A stretch of DNA of 33,083 nt from a virus (taxonomy: Duplodnaviria > Caudoviricetes): IMG/VR virus record IMGVR_UViG_3300017788_000095, positions 1 to 33,083 of that record; one strand, given 5' to 3'. Below, piece by piece: positions 15,424 to 25,166 of this stretch (its first letter is position 1; each line of letters begins with the position of its first letter). Under the pieces are notes generated by a model. That model was given only the letters and a program-made list of their open reading frames with translations, was not told the DNA's origin and ran no database searches. The translations under genes and the position numbers were made by a program.

Positions 15424-16693
15424 TTGGGCGCCCAGGCCTTACCAATTTCCTCTCTGGAAATTCTTAGAAGATGGCGGCAAGCGAGCAGTTGCCGTTTGGC
15501 ACCGGCGTGCCGGCAAGGACTTGCTATCTGTCAACTGGTGCGCAGTCTCAGCCTTGACGAGGCCAGGGTTGTACTGGCACTTGTTTCCGACTTACAACCA
15601 GGGTCGGAAGATTGCTTGGGATGGGATGACGCGTGATGGCCGCAAGTTTATCGAGCACTTTCCCAAAGAGATGTGGGAGGCAGTCAACAACACCGAGATG
15701 CGGTTGACTCTGAAGAATGGCTCAATCTATCAGGTGGTGGGTACCGACAACGTGGACCGATTGGTCGGTGCCAATCCCGTTGGAGTCGTCTTCTCTGAAT
15801 ACTCCCTCCAAGATCCCCGTGCATGGGATTACATTCGTCCCATCTTGGCTGAGAATGGAGGATGGGCGTTATTTATTTATACCGCTCGAGGTCGAAACCA
15901 TGGATATGACTTGCTTAACATGGCAAGACGAAACGAAAAGTGGTTTCAGCAGACACTGACAGTTGACGATACCAGGGCCATTTCATCAGACGCCGTAGAA
16001 GAAGAACGTCATGCCGGCATGCCTGAGGAGATGATCCAGCAAGAGTTCTATTGCAGTTTTGATGCGCCTCTTGTTGGCAGCTACTATGGTACTGCCATGG
16101 CCAAACTGCTTGCCGACGGCCGGTTAGGAAGTCTCCCCTATGAACCCCGGCTTGAGGTCCATACGGCCTGGGATCTTGGTGTCTCAGACTCGACTGCAAT
16201 AGTTTTTTATCAGAAGCACGGCCAAGAGATTCGGATCATCGACTACTACGAAAACTCCGGTGAAGGCATTGCGCATTACGCCAAGATCGTCAAGGAGAAA
16301 GAGTACGTCTATGGAGAACATTTGGCCCCGCACGATATTCAAGTTCGTGAGCTTGGCAGCGGTAAGTCTCGACTTGAAGTTGCCAGAGAACTTGGCCTCA
16401 GGTTCAGAGTGGTACCAAACCTTAGGATCGATGACGGTATTGAAGCCGTCCGAACCACGCTACCTAAGTGCTGGTTTGACGAAAAGAAGTGCAGCCACCT
16501 TATCGAGTCTTTGCGCCAGTACCGAAAAGACTTTGACGAGAAGAACAAAGTCTTCAGAGATCGTCCGTTACATGACTGGACCAGTCACCCAGCCGACGCT
16601 TTCCGATACATGTGCGTCGGTATCCGCGATCAGCTAGACATGAGCCAGCGCAAGCTTCCTCGGATGGCTGACATGGAATACAAGATCCTATGA
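15398..16693 (+). CDS. terL: Terminase large subunit
   Basis: Start at ATG 15398. RPYQ, WHRRAGKD (Walker A variant), VVFSEY (Walker B), WDLG and SHPADAFRY nuclease motifs. Confidence 0.93.
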   Translation: MAEITVPLDWAPRPYQFPLWKFLEDGGKRAVAVWHRRAGKDLLSVNWCAVSALTRPGLYWHLFPTYNQGRKIAWDGMTRDGRKFIEHFPKEMWEAVNNTEMRLTLKNGSIYQVVGTDNVDRLVGANPVGVVFSEYSLQDPRAWDYIRPILAENGGWALFIYTARGRNHGYDLLNMARRNEKWFQQTLTVDDTRAISSDAVEEERHAGMPEEMIQQEFYCSFDAPLVGSYYGTAMAKLLADGRLGSLPYEPRLEVHTAWDLGVSDSTAIVFYQKHGQEIRIIDYYENSGEGIAHYAKIVKEKEYVYGEHLAPHDIQVRELGSGKSRLEVARELGLRFRVVPNLRIDDGIEAVRTTLPKCWFDEKKCSHLIESLRQYRKDFDEKNKVFRDRPLHDWTSHPADAFRYMCVGIRDQLDMSQRKLPRMADMEYKIL

Positions 16694-17142
16694 TTAGACC
16701 GGCAACTCACGCTGACGTGCCGATCATCAACGAGCTTGGTGAACGGATGTTCAACGAGTCGGCCTACGGCAAGGTCTGTACATATGATCCCGAAAAGGTG
16801 GCTCATCTCTTGACCCTGATGGTTACTTTGCCTGACGAATATTTCTTGTACGTCGCCGAAAAAGACGGCACTATAATCGGGATGTACCTGGGCTTGCTAA
16901 CAGAGTATTATTTCAGCAAGGATCTGATGGCAGTCGATCTGGCGTTGTACGTTGATCCAACGAAACGCGGCGGTTTGGCTGCAGTCAAGTTAGTCCAGGC
17001 ATTTGAGGATTGGGCATTTGCGCGTGGTGCAAAGGAAATCGTTCCTGCCACGTCGACTCAAGTAGCCCCAGAGAGAACGGCACAACTGTACCATCTCCTG
17101 GGTTACGAGGTTGTAGGTAACCTTTTTAAGAAAAGGAGATAG
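16690..17142 (+). CDS. GNAT-family acetyltransferase
   Basis: MIRPAT..D, LYVDPTKRGG acetyl-CoA motif A, LYHLLGY. Confidence 0.85.
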   Translation: MIRPATHADVPIINELGERMFNESAYGKVCTYDPEKVAHLLTLMVTLPDEYFLYVAEKDGTIIGMYLGLLTEYYFSKDLMAVDLALYVDPTKRGGLAAVKLVQAFEDWAFARGAKEIVPATSTQVAPERTAQLYHLLGYEVVGNLFKKRR

Positions 17143-17144
17143 TT

Positions 17145-17402
17145 ATGTGTGGTGGATGGCTAGGTAAAACATTGGGGTTAGCCCCCAGCAGTCCAGCAGC
17201 TCCGGCCCCTGCTCCAGAAGCTCCAAAGACTTCTGATAAAGCAGTAGCTGACGCTGTTGATCAAGTGCGTAAAACTGAGGGCGAAGGCACTCAAACACGC
17301 GAAGGCACCATGTTGACCGGGGCTCAAGGCGTCTCGATCGGTATGGAGAAGCTGCAGAAGAAAAAACTGCTTGGTACTCGCTCACCTCTTGGCGGTAGTT
17401 AA
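17145..17402 (+). CDS. Small virion-associated protein upstream of portal
   Basis: MCGG start, Pro/Ala linker, T.LTG..G and KKLLG. Typical position in podovirus modules. Confidence 0.65.
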   Translation: MCGGWLGKTLGLAPSSPAAPAPAPEAPKTSDKAVADAVDQVRKTEGEGTQTREGTMLTGAQGVSIGMEKLQKKKLLGTRSPLGGS

Positions 17403-17404
17403 TC

Positions 17405-19096
17405 GTGGATAAGGGACAAGACGATAAAAAGCTTGTCGCTACCACGATCGATCGTCTAGGAAAACTAAAGCAGATTCGCAGCCCTTGGGAAAGTTTGTGG
17501 CAAGATTGCACAGACTATGTCAACCCCAGACGCGGCGACTTCAACGCTCAACGTAGCCAGGGCGACCGAACACGGTATGACAGGGTCTATGACTCGACGG
17601 CTCCGCTTGCGAACGAGCAGCTAGCCTCTGGTCTGCACGGCTATTTAACGGCTCCTTCAGAGACGTGGTTCACGCTTTTGCTTGAACGCGCCAAAGAAGA
17701 AGAGTCTGAGGAAATTAGAGCATGGTTGCAGGGCGTCGTGGAGATGATGTTCCGCGAAGTCTTTCATTCGCCAAACTCTAACTTTGGCTCGATGATTCAC
17801 GAGCTGTACTTAGACCTCGGCTCTTACGGCACCGGTGTTTTGTACGTTGAAGACAAACCAGGTCGCCCTATCAATTTCAGAACTTACCATCTGGCTGAGT
17901 GCTACATTGCTGAGAACGCAGAAGGCAACGTTGATACCTTGTATCGACAGTACAAGCACACAGGTCGTCAGCTGCTCCAGATGTATAAGGATGCTTTGCC
18001 TGAGAAGTTCATTGAGAACGTCTACAAAGATCCTCACAAGGAATTTACTTGCATTCATGCAGTAGAACCTCGAGACACATTTAACCCTGACAGCAAGCTT
18101 GCCAAGAACATGCCCTTCATGAGCGCATACATCTTGGAAGAAGAGAAGTTGCTGCTTAATCTCAGCGGCTTTAACGAGTTCCCATACATGGTGCCTCGTT
18201 GGACTAAGACTGCAGGTGAAGTCTATGGCAGGTCTCCTGCTATGACGGCTATGCCAGACATCAAGATGGTCAATGAGATGAGCAAGACAGTCATTAAGGC
18301 TGCTCAAAAGGCCACTGATCCTCCCTTGCTTGTTCCTGACGATGGCTTCATGCTGCCGTTGCGCACTATTCCAGGGGGCTTGAACTACTACCGCTCAGGG
18401 ACACAAGACAAGGTGATGCCTCTTGTTGAAGGCGTTCGTCCTGACATTGGGCTTGAGTTTATTGATTCACGCCGCACGCACATCTTAAAAACGTTCCACG
18501 TTGACTGGATGCAGATGCGTGAAGGTCCTTCAATGACGGCTACTGAAGTGCTGCAGCGTCAAGAAGAGCGTATGCGTCTCATGGGTCCTATGGTTGGTCG
18601 CTTGCAGTTTGAGTTGCTTGGTCCCATGATCGATCGTGTCTTCAACATTATGGTTCGCCGCAACATGCTGCCACCGGCACCTCAAAAGATTCGTGGCCGC
18701 AACACTCGCATTGATTATGTGTCTCCAGTGGCACGCGCACAAAAGACACAACAGCTGTTTAACTTCACTCGCTTGATGGAGTCGCTCGTACCTTTGGCCA
18801 ATGTCAAGCCAGAAGTCTTTGACAACATTGATGCTGATGGCACGGTACGCTGGGCAGCAAAACTGCTTGATGCCCCGCTTGAAACATTGATGCCGTTAGA
18901 GCAGCTTCAGAAGATGCGAGAGCAAAAAGGACAACAAGCACAAGAACAACTCGATATGGCTAAGAACCGAGAGATGGCGGCCATGGCTAAGGATGCAGCA
19001 ACTGCTGCTGCCACTATGCCAGAAGGCGCAATGCAACCGCCTCCTGCTTTAGGTGTTGAGCCAGGAGCTTCAGGAGTACCAGGTGCCCCGATCTAA
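17405..19096 (+). CDS. Portal (head-to-tail connector, T7 gp8/BPP-1 type)
   Basis: 563 aa, YDSTA, FPYMVPRW...GEVYGRSP, DPPL, MTATEV.QR.EE, YVSP.ARAQ. Confidence 0.93.
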   Translation: MDKGQDDKKLVATTIDRLGKLKQIRSPWESLWQDCTDYVNPRRGDFNAQRSQGDRTRYDRVYDSTAPLANEQLASGLHGYLTAPSETWFTLLLERAKEEESEEIRAWLQGVVEMMFREVFHSPNSNFGSMIHELYLDLGSYGTGVLYVEDKPGRPINFRTYHLAECYIAENAEGNVDTLYRQYKHTGRQLLQMYKDALPEKFIENVYKDPHKEFTCIHAVEPRDTFNPDSKLAKNMPFMSAYILEEEKLLLNLSGFNEFPYMVPRWTKTAGEVYGRSPAMTAMPDIKMVNEMSKTVIKAAQKATDPPLLVPDDGFMLPLRTIPGGLNYYRSGTQDKVMPLVEGVRPDIGLEFIDSRRTHILKTFHVDWMQMREGPSMTATEVLQRQEERMRLMGPMVGRLQFELLGPMIDRVFNIMVRRNMLPPAPQKIRGRNTRIDYVSPVARAQKTQQLFNFTRLMESLVPLANVKPEVFDNIDADGTVRWAAKLLDAPLETLMPLEQLQKMREQKGQQAQEQLDMAKNREMAAMAKDAATAAATMPEGAMQPPPALGVEPGASGVPGAPI

Positions 19097-19340
19097 GAAA
19101 CCAACTGTAGTTGAGTTAAACGACAGCTACAAGAAAGTCTTTTCCACGCCTGATGGCGAACGTGTGCTTGAACACCTCTGCAAGGTTGGGTTCATAGCAG
19201 ATACCACGTACGTGTCAGGTGATCCTACTGAGACGGCGCACCGTGAAGGTCAACGCCGCTTAGTACTTAGCATCTTGCGGTTTTTGGAAAGGGACCCAAG
19301 GGCACTTTTGAAGCAACTTGAGGAGTTACAAAATGAGTGA
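19083..19340 (+). CDS. Small head-module protein (Bbp19-like)
   Basis: GTG 19083 after AGGAG. YKKVFSTPDGERVL.HL and AHREGQR..VL.I. Confidence 0.75.
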   Translation: MPRSKKPTVVELNDSYKKVFSTPDGERVLEHLCKVGFIADTTYVSGDPTETAHREGQRRLVLSILRFLERDPRALLKQLEELQNE

Positions 19341-20196
19341 TATGAACGGAGGGTCCATGGGTGACGCTGGCGCCGGAGCAGGTGCTGGTGACGCTGGGGG
19401 CAGCTCTGCCGGTTCAGCGATGGATTGGCGAGCTTCTTTAGATGAAACGTTGCGCGCAGATCCCACTCTGGCAGACATTAAAGACCTGAATGGTCTTGCA
19501 AAGTCATATGTGCATGCTCAGCGCATGATTGGTAAAGACAAGATCGCTATTCCTGGCGACACGTCTGATCAATCTGAATGGGACATGTTTTACGAGCGCC
19601 TTGGTCGTCCTGGAGACGGCAATTACAAACTAGAACCTAATGGTGTTGTGCCAGATGGTTTGGCGTTTGAACCACAGGCTCTCGACCGCTTTAAAAAGAT
19701 TTTCCATGCCAATGGCTTGACTCAAAAACAAGCTGACGGTATTTTTAAAGAATACATGGCGTATGTTGGTGAACAGCATACCGCTGTGACTCAAGGCGGT
19801 GCAGCTGCTCGTGAACAGTGGGTGGCTGATGTCAAGCGCGAGTTTGGCAAAGCGTTTGATGAGCGAGTCGACCTTGCTGTTCGCGCTGTTGAAACTTTTG
19901 GTGGTCAAGAGCTAATGACTTGGCTAGACCAAACAGGCCTTGGTGATCATCCTATGTTTGTAAAGATGTTCGCCAAGATTGGACAACAAATGCAAGAGGC
20001 ACTAGCAAGCCCAGGCCAGTCGCGAGGATGGACTATGACTCCTGATTCTGCTCGTCAAGAGATTGCTCGCATGCAGCGAGACAAGGATTTCATGAACTCC
20101 TACATGACTCCAGGGGCTACAGGTCACGCGGAAGCTGTGAAGAAGATGCAAGACCTGTTTGGCTTTGCTTATCCAGATGAGGTAACACAGGTATGA
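19333..20196 (+). CDS. Capsid scaffolding/assembly protein
   Basis: ATG 19333. Gly/Ala-rich N-terminus, LAKSYVHAQRMIG, LGRP, GLTQKQA, GLGDHP. Between portal and capsid. Confidence 0.8.
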   Translation: MSDMNGGSMGDAGAGAGAGDAGGSSAGSAMDWRASLDETLRADPTLADIKDLNGLAKSYVHAQRMIGKDKIAIPGDTSDQSEWDMFYERLGRPGDGNYKLEPNGVVPDGLAFEPQALDRFKKIFHANGLTQKQADGIFKEYMAYVGEQHTAVTQGGAAAREQWVADVKREFGKAFDERVDLAVRAVETFGGQELMTWLDQTGLGDHPMFVKMFAKIGQQMQEALASPGQSRGWTMTPDSARQEIARMQRDKDFMNSYMTPGATGHAEAVKKMQDLFGFAYPDEVTQV

Positions 20197-20519
20197 AAAC
20201 GCTGCTCAGCAAAAATTCGAAAGACTTGGAAGAACTCCAGCAGATGGTTACTAGCAATCTGCCGTCTCAGGAAATCAAGAAAGAACAGATCGTCCGAGAC
20301 GCGGTCAAGTCGACGTCACTGCCGTCTGAGGTTCAAAAGAGTATGTCCGAGATTCTTGCTGAGCGGCTTAAAGCCAAGCCTGTCAACAATGATGTGGACG
20401 ACGTCGTGAAGAAAATCCAGAAGGACATGCGCTTTGTAGACACAAGCACAGTCAACATGGGTACGACTTCCGTCCGAGACAAGGATGGGAAGACCGGAAA
20501 AACTAAGATGTTGGGCTAG
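20193..20519 (+). CDS. Hypothetical protein
   Basis: 108 aa, ATGA overlap with the scaffold stop, ends KTKMLG. Confidence 0.6.
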   Translation: MKTLLSKNSKDLEELQQMVTSNLPSQEIKKEQIVRDAVKSTSLPSEVQKSMSEILAERLKAKPVNNDVDDVVKKIQKDMRFVDTSTVNMGTTSVRDKDGKTGKTKMLG

Positions 20520-20547
20520 TTTATTTTTCCGGCTTTTGCTGTATTAT
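20519..20547 (+). promoter_or_regulatory. Putative capsid promoter
   Basis: GTTTAT-N17-TATTAT. Shares TATTATCT with the terS promoter. Confidence 0.5.
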
Positions 20548-20552
20548 CTAAT

Positions 20553-20632
20553 TACGGGCAACCCGAAAGGGTCCGTGGGCGTCGCCTAGCCAGAAGGGTA
20601 TGTGGGGGTCCGATCTTTGGGCAGCCTCTGCG
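20553..20632 (+). ncRNA. Candidate structured 5' leader of the capsid mRNA
   Basis: Two hairpins (20553-20577 with GAAA tetraloop; 20601-20632), each with a CAR bulge between GGG/UCC and CC/GG helices. Confidence 0.45.
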
Positions 20633-20674
20633 AGCAAACGTGTTTTTAACTTTTAACTGAATGAGGAGGACATA

Positions 20675-21559
20675 ATGTCCATTCAAATCACTACGGCATT
20701 CGTACAGCAGTACCGTGCCAACGTTGAACACCTTGTCCAGCAGAAAGGCTCGCGTCTGCGTGCTCTCGTACGTGCTGAAACTCAAAATGCTGAGTTTGAG
20801 TTCTACGATCGCATTGGTGCGACCACTGCTCAAGAGGTTACCGGCCGCCATCAAGACACCCCATTGATCAATGTGCCGCACGATCGTCGTCGCGTTTCTT
20901 TGCGCGATTTCGATTGGGCTGACCTGATCGATCGTCCTGATCGCATTCGTATGCTGATTGATCCTAGCTCGCCTTATAGCCAGAACGCCGCTTATGCGCT
21001 CGGCCGTAAGATGGACGAAGTGATTCTTGACGCTGCTTTTGGTTCTGTATATACTGGCAAGACTGGTGCTACTACCGTGACTTTCCCAAGCTCGCAGCAA
21101 ATCGCTGTGGACTACGTGGAAACCGGTGCAACAGCTAACTCAGGTTTGACTATCGCTAAACTGCGCAAGGCAAAACAAATCCTTGACGCAAACGAGGTAG
21201 ATCCTACAGAGCGCCGCTATATTGCAGTTACCGCAAAACAAGTGACTGATCTGTTGCGTACTACCGAAGTTTCTAGCGCCGACTACAACACTGTTCGCGC
21301 GTTGGTACAAGGTGAACTCAACACTTTCATGGGTTTTGAATTTGTTCGTACTGAACTGGTTCGTACCAATGCTTCTAACCATCGCCGCGTCTGTGCCTGG
21401 GCTCAATCAGGTCTGCTCGTAGCTGTTGGTCAGGACATCGTTACTGACATCGGTCCTCGTCGCGACAAGCGCAATTCGACTCAAGTCTACGTCTCTGCTT
21501 CTTTCGGTGCAACCCGTATGGAAGAAGAGAAAGTAGTTGAAGTCATCTGCGCTGAATAA
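20675..21559 (+). CDS. Major capsid protein
   Basis: 294 aa, strong RBS GAGGAGG. FVQQY...QQKGSRLR, ALGRKMD, SSADYN.V.ALVQG...FMGF, GATRMEEEKVV. Confidence 0.92.
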   Translation: MSIQITTAFVQQYRANVEHLVQQKGSRLRALVRAETQNAEFEFYDRIGATTAQEVTGRHQDTPLINVPHDRRRVSLRDFDWADLIDRPDRIRMLIDPSSPYSQNAAYALGRKMDEVILDAAFGSVYTGKTGATTVTFPSSQQIAVDYVETGATANSGLTIAKLRKAKQILDANEVDPTERRYIAVTAKQVTDLLRTTEVSSADYNTVRALVQGELNTFMGFEFVRTELVRTNASNHRRVCAWAQSGLLVAVGQDIVTDIGPRRDKRNSTQVYVSASFGATRMEEEKVVEVICAE

Positions 21560-21585
21560 TGCCCATAACAGGAGGAACATTTATT

Positions 21586-22038
21586 ATGGCTAACCAAAAC
21601 AGCACGCAATACGGTAACACACAGACCGTTCCTGCGACGATGAATGATGTGTGTGATGAGCACGGTCGTGTCCGCGTTCGTGCGTTTGACTTTACTCAGT
21701 CAGGCGCAGGTGCCGATGGCGATACCGTGACTCTATGCCAACTGCCTGCTGGCACTGTGCGCATCCTTGGTGTGCAGATTGTCAACTCAGCTCTTGGCGC
21801 ATCACGCGTTGTCAAAGTCGGGCACACAGGCTACACTAACCTTTCAAATGCAGCTGTTGCTGCCGACGATGACGCCTTCTTGGCGAACACCTCGGTTGCT
21901 ACTGCTGGTTCTATCAACGGTGTTGCATCGTCTAAACTGTCTAGCAAGACTGGTTTGACTGTGCGTGCAACTATCACCGGCGGTACGATCCCAGACGCAG
22001 CTACTTTGAACGGTCAGATCCTGTACACACTCGACTAA
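21586..22038 (+). CDS. Probable capsid decoration/cement protein
   Basis: ATG 21586 after AGGAGG. Beta-rich, Ala/Thr/Gly-rich, directly after the capsid gene and before a terminator. Confidence 0.6.
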   Translation: MANQNSTQYGNTQTVPATMNDVCDEHGRVRVRAFDFTQSGAGADGDTVTLCQLPAGTVRILGVQIVNSALGASRVVKVGHTGYTNLSNAAVAADDDAFLANTSVATAGSINGVASSKLSSKTGLTVRATITGGTIPDAATLNGQILYTLD

Positions 22039-22058
22039 GTCAAAGAAACACCGGTAGT

Positions 22059-22096
22059 GCGGGGGATCGGGCCGTAAGGCACGGTCTCCCGTTTTT
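22059..22096 (+). terminator. Intrinsic terminator after the head genes
   Basis: CGGGGGATCG-G-GCC-GTAA-GGC-A-CGGTCTCCCG followed by TTTTT. Confidence 0.8.
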
Positions 22097-22110
22097 GTTA
22101 GGAGAGGCAC

Positions 22111-22710
22111 ATGGCAGCATCAGACATTGAAATCGTAAACAGATCGCTTACCTTGTTGGGCGTAGACCCAATCAACTCGCTGTCTGATCCTACTAAGGCA
22201 GCAGCAACGTCTCGTCGTCTTTATGATGATAGTCGCGCAGCCGTCTTTCGTGCGCATCCTTGGAATTGCCTTGTGCGCCGCGTGGCTTTGCCTCTTGACA
22301 ACGTGACGCCTGCTTACGAGTACTCTCACCAGTTTGTTTTGCCAGCAGACTTCTTGCGTCTGTTGACACTTGAAGACGTCAATGGACGTTATTCAATTGA
22401 ATCAAGACGTATTCTCTATGATGGGAATACGCTAAGAATAAAATACGTCGCACTGCTAACTGACGTACCTAGCTATGATACCTTGCTTGTAGATGCTTTA
22501 GCTGCTCGCCTAGCAGCTGACTTAGCTCACCCGTTGCTTCAATCAACTACGTCAATGGAGCAGATGTGGCAACTGTATGAGTTGAAATTGCGTGAAGCTA
22601 AGTTTGTCGATGCTCAAGAAAATTCACAAGAGGTTCTTGATGCCGACTACTGGTTGAACAGTCGGTTTGGCATTGCTGATTCTCGTTTGACTTCTCCTCC
22701 ACGGTGGTAA
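22111..22710 (+). CDS. Tail tubular protein A / adaptor (T7 gp11-like)
   Basis: IVNRSL..LG...I, HPWNC, LPADFLR, ALAARLA..LA, DAQE. Confidence 0.82.
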   Translation: MAASDIEIVNRSLTLLGVDPINSLSDPTKAAATSRRLYDDSRAAVFRAHPWNCLVRRVALPLDNVTPAYEYSHQFVLPADFLRLLTLEDVNGRYSIESRRILYDGNTLRIKYVALLTDVPSYDTLLVDALAARLAADLAHPLLQSTTSMEQMWQLYELKLREAKFVDAQENSQEVLDADYWLNSRFGIADSRLTSPPRW

Positions 22711-22713
22711 TGA

Positions 22714-24750
22714 ATGTCTAAGACAACGCCTATTCAAACAAACTTTACCGGCGGAGAGATTTCTCCTCGCCTGTATGGTCGCGTTGACTTGCAAAAATAC
22801 GCAACCTCAGTCGAGCGCTGCGAAAACTTTATCATCTTCCCTCACGGAGGTACCACTAAAAGATCAGGTACGCGCTACATCGAGGAAGTTAAGTTTAGTG
22901 ACAAGAAGACAAAACTAGTTCCATTTATTTTTTCAACTGAGCAAGCCTACATGGTTGAGTTTGGACACCTCTACGTTCGCTTCTATCGCAACGAGGGGGT
23001 TCTTTTGAACGCAGCTGGTACTGCAGCTTATGAGTTAATTTCCCCGTACACAGAGAACGATCTAGATGACCTAGACTTTACTCAATCTGCTGACGTACTC
23101 TATCTCGTTCACAAGAATTATCAGCCCCGTACTCTTAATCGGTTAGGACCTACTAACTGGTCTATCAATATTTATGAACCTCGTGACGGTCCCTACAATG
23201 AAGTCAATACGACTTCAGTGACAATGCACGTATCCAGTTTAACTGGTTCTTCGACAGTTACTGCAAGTTCAAGCGCGTTTGCCGCTACTGACGTAGGGCG
23301 CTGGTTTCGTTTTAAAAATGGCTCGCCAGCTGTTTGGGGAGCCGGTAAGATTACGGCGTATACAAACCCAACGACAGTTATCGTTTCAGTGGATCCTGAT
23401 TTTCCGTTTGGTTCTACAGGAGCTGGTAACGCTACCAAGGACTGGCGCCTTGGCGCCTGGTCGGACACTCTTGGGTGGCCAACATGTGTAGCGTTCTTCC
23501 AAGAACGACTGTTCTTTGCTGCAAGCAACTCTAAGCCATCGACCATTTGGGGCACTCGCACAGGCGAGTTTGCTACGTTTAGTCCATCAAACGCAAAGGC
23601 AGAAGTGCTTGACGATTCAGCACTGAGTTTCACCTTGGCAACTGACCAGGTGAATGCAATTCGCTGGATCTACGGCGAAAAGCGTTTGCAGCTCGGTACC
23701 TCTGACGGTCCATTCATTCTGTCCGCAGGTCGAAACTACGAGGCACTGACACCTTCTAATTCAACTATCTCTCGTGAGACGACTGACGGCACAGCAAATG
23801 AGAGACCTGTTGGTGCAAGTAGAACTACCTTGTACATTGACCGTTCACGTTTAAAAGTTCGTGAGCTGTCTTATGACATCAACATTGACGGCTATGCTTC
23901 AGTAGACTTGACTTTGCTTGCTGAGCACATCACAACTGGCAACGTCAAGCAAATTGCGTATGCTCGCTCTCCAGACAACTTGGTGTGGACGTTATTGCAG
24001 ACTGGTGAACTTCGCTGCTTAACTTACGAGCCAGATCAAGAAGTCGTGGCTTGGCATCGGCACATTATCGGCGGAACAGACGTTGTTGTCAAGAGTATTG
24101 CCGTGATTCCTAAGAACGACGAGTCAGAAGAAGTGCTGTACCTAATCGTTCAAAGAACGATTGATGGTGCAACTGTGCAGTACGTAGAGTACTTAGAAAA
24201 ATCTTTTGATACCGCCAAGGGAATGGTTGTTGAAGACGCCTTCTTTGTAGACAGTGGTATTAGCTATGACGGAGCACCTGTCAACAGCTTGTCTGGTCTT
24301 GACCACTTAGAAGGCGAGACAGTTCAAATTCTAGCTGATGGAGCTGTTCATCCAGACCGCGTGGTAAGTTCAGGTTCTATTTCACTTGCTCGCGCAGCGT
24401 CTAAGATTAGCGTTGGTCTGCCGTATGTTGCTCGCGTAAGAACACTTGATCCTGAGGTTCAAACGCAAACGGGTCCTTCTCAAGGTAAGATTCGCCGTGT
24501 TGAGCGAGTTACTTATCGCCTGGTTGACACGTTTAACATGAAGTTCTCAGCTAATGGAGGAGCTTTAGAGGTTATCCCATTCCGCTCAGGCGCTATGCCA
24601 ATGGGTTCCGTTCGCTTGTTTACGGGTGACAAGCGAGTATTAGTGCAGCACTCCCCTGAACGTCAGTTTGAGTTGCTGGTGCAGTCTGACACGCCGCATC
24701 CTTGCACAATCTTGGCTATTATGTACGCCATGGTGGTGTCTGAACGATGA
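22714..24750 (+). CDS. Tail tubular protein B / nozzle (T7 gp12-like)
   Basis: QTNFTGGEISP.L.GR.D, FTQSADVL, FFQERLFF, VVAWHRH, SGLDHLEGETV. Confidence 0.88.
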   Translation: MSKTTPIQTNFTGGEISPRLYGRVDLQKYATSVERCENFIIFPHGGTTKRSGTRYIEEVKFSDKKTKLVPFIFSTEQAYMVEFGHLYVRFYRNEGVLLNAAGTAAYELISPYTENDLDDLDFTQSADVLYLVHKNYQPRTLNRLGPTNWSINIYEPRDGPYNEVNTTSVTMHVSSLTGSSTVTASSSAFAATDVGRWFRFKNGSPAVWGAGKITAYTNPTTVIVSVDPDFPFGSTGAGNATKDWRLGAWSDTLGWPTCVAFFQERLFFAASNSKPSTIWGTRTGEFATFSPSNAKAEVLDDSALSFTLATDQVNAIRWIYGEKRLQLGTSDGPFILSAGRNYEALTPSNSTISRETTDGTANERPVGASRTTLYIDRSRLKVRELSYDINIDGYASVDLTLLAEHITTGNVKQIAYARSPDNLVWTLLQTGELRCLTYEPDQEVVAWHRHIIGGTDVVVKSIAVIPKNDESEEVLYLIVQRTIDGATVQYVEYLEKSFDTAKGMVVEDAFFVDSGISYDGAPVNSLSGLDHLEGETVQILADGAVHPDRVVSSGSISLARAASKISVGLPYVARVRTLDPEVQTQTGPSQGKIRRVERVTYRLVDTFNMKFSANGGALEVIPFRSGAMPMGSVRLFTGDKRVLVQHSPERQFELLVQSDTPHPCTILAIMYAMVVSER

Positions 24751-25166
24751 TAGTAGTCCCATTTGAATCATGGCACCTAGACTTCATCAAACCTCTCTGG
24801 CCCGTGCTTCACAACGGCGTAGCTCTAGAGAAGTGTTCAATCTCTTTTACAGCGATTGTGGATGCAAGGCCAGTTGCAATTGCTGGAGTCATTCCCATTT
24901 GGAAGGGCGTGGCAGAATCTTATTTGATTCCGTCCGCACTATTTCCGAAACACAAAATTCAATGTATAAAGTACGTAAAGCTAAATCAAGAGTTTTTAGG
25001 AAGGGAACTCAAACTGCATCGACTTCAAACAACCGTGCCGTCAGATTTTTCAACAGCGATTCGCTGGCTAGAGTGGCTGGGTTACGAGCGAGAATCGACG
25101 TTGCGGCAGTGGGGACCCGATCAGAAAGATCACTACAGATATGTGAGGTTCTTTGATGGGTGTTGA
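24747..25166 (+). CDS. GNAT-fold virion assembly protein (T7 gp13-like position)
   Basis: HRLQTTV...AIRWLEWLGYERE..LRQWGP. Directly after the nozzle gene. Confidence 0.7.
   Translation: MIVVPFESWHLDFIKPLWPVLHNGVALEKCSISFTAIVDARPVAIAGVIPIWKGVAESYLIPSALFPKHKIQCIKYVKLNQEFLGRELKLHRLQTTVPSDFSTAIRWLEWLGYERESTLRQWGPDQKDHYRYVRFFDGC

Noticed and set aside
20553-20632. Cyclic di-GMP-I (GEMM) riboswitch
   Set aside because: GGGCAA..CC and a GAAA loop look similar, but the GACGCAAAG segment and second-stem consensus are missing.
21520-21590. T7-style -1 frameshift fusing capsid to the downstream ORF (TAATG overlap)
   Set aside because: The -1 frame has two TGA stops just before 21559, there is no slippery heptamer, and the downstream gene has its own RBS and ATG at 21586.
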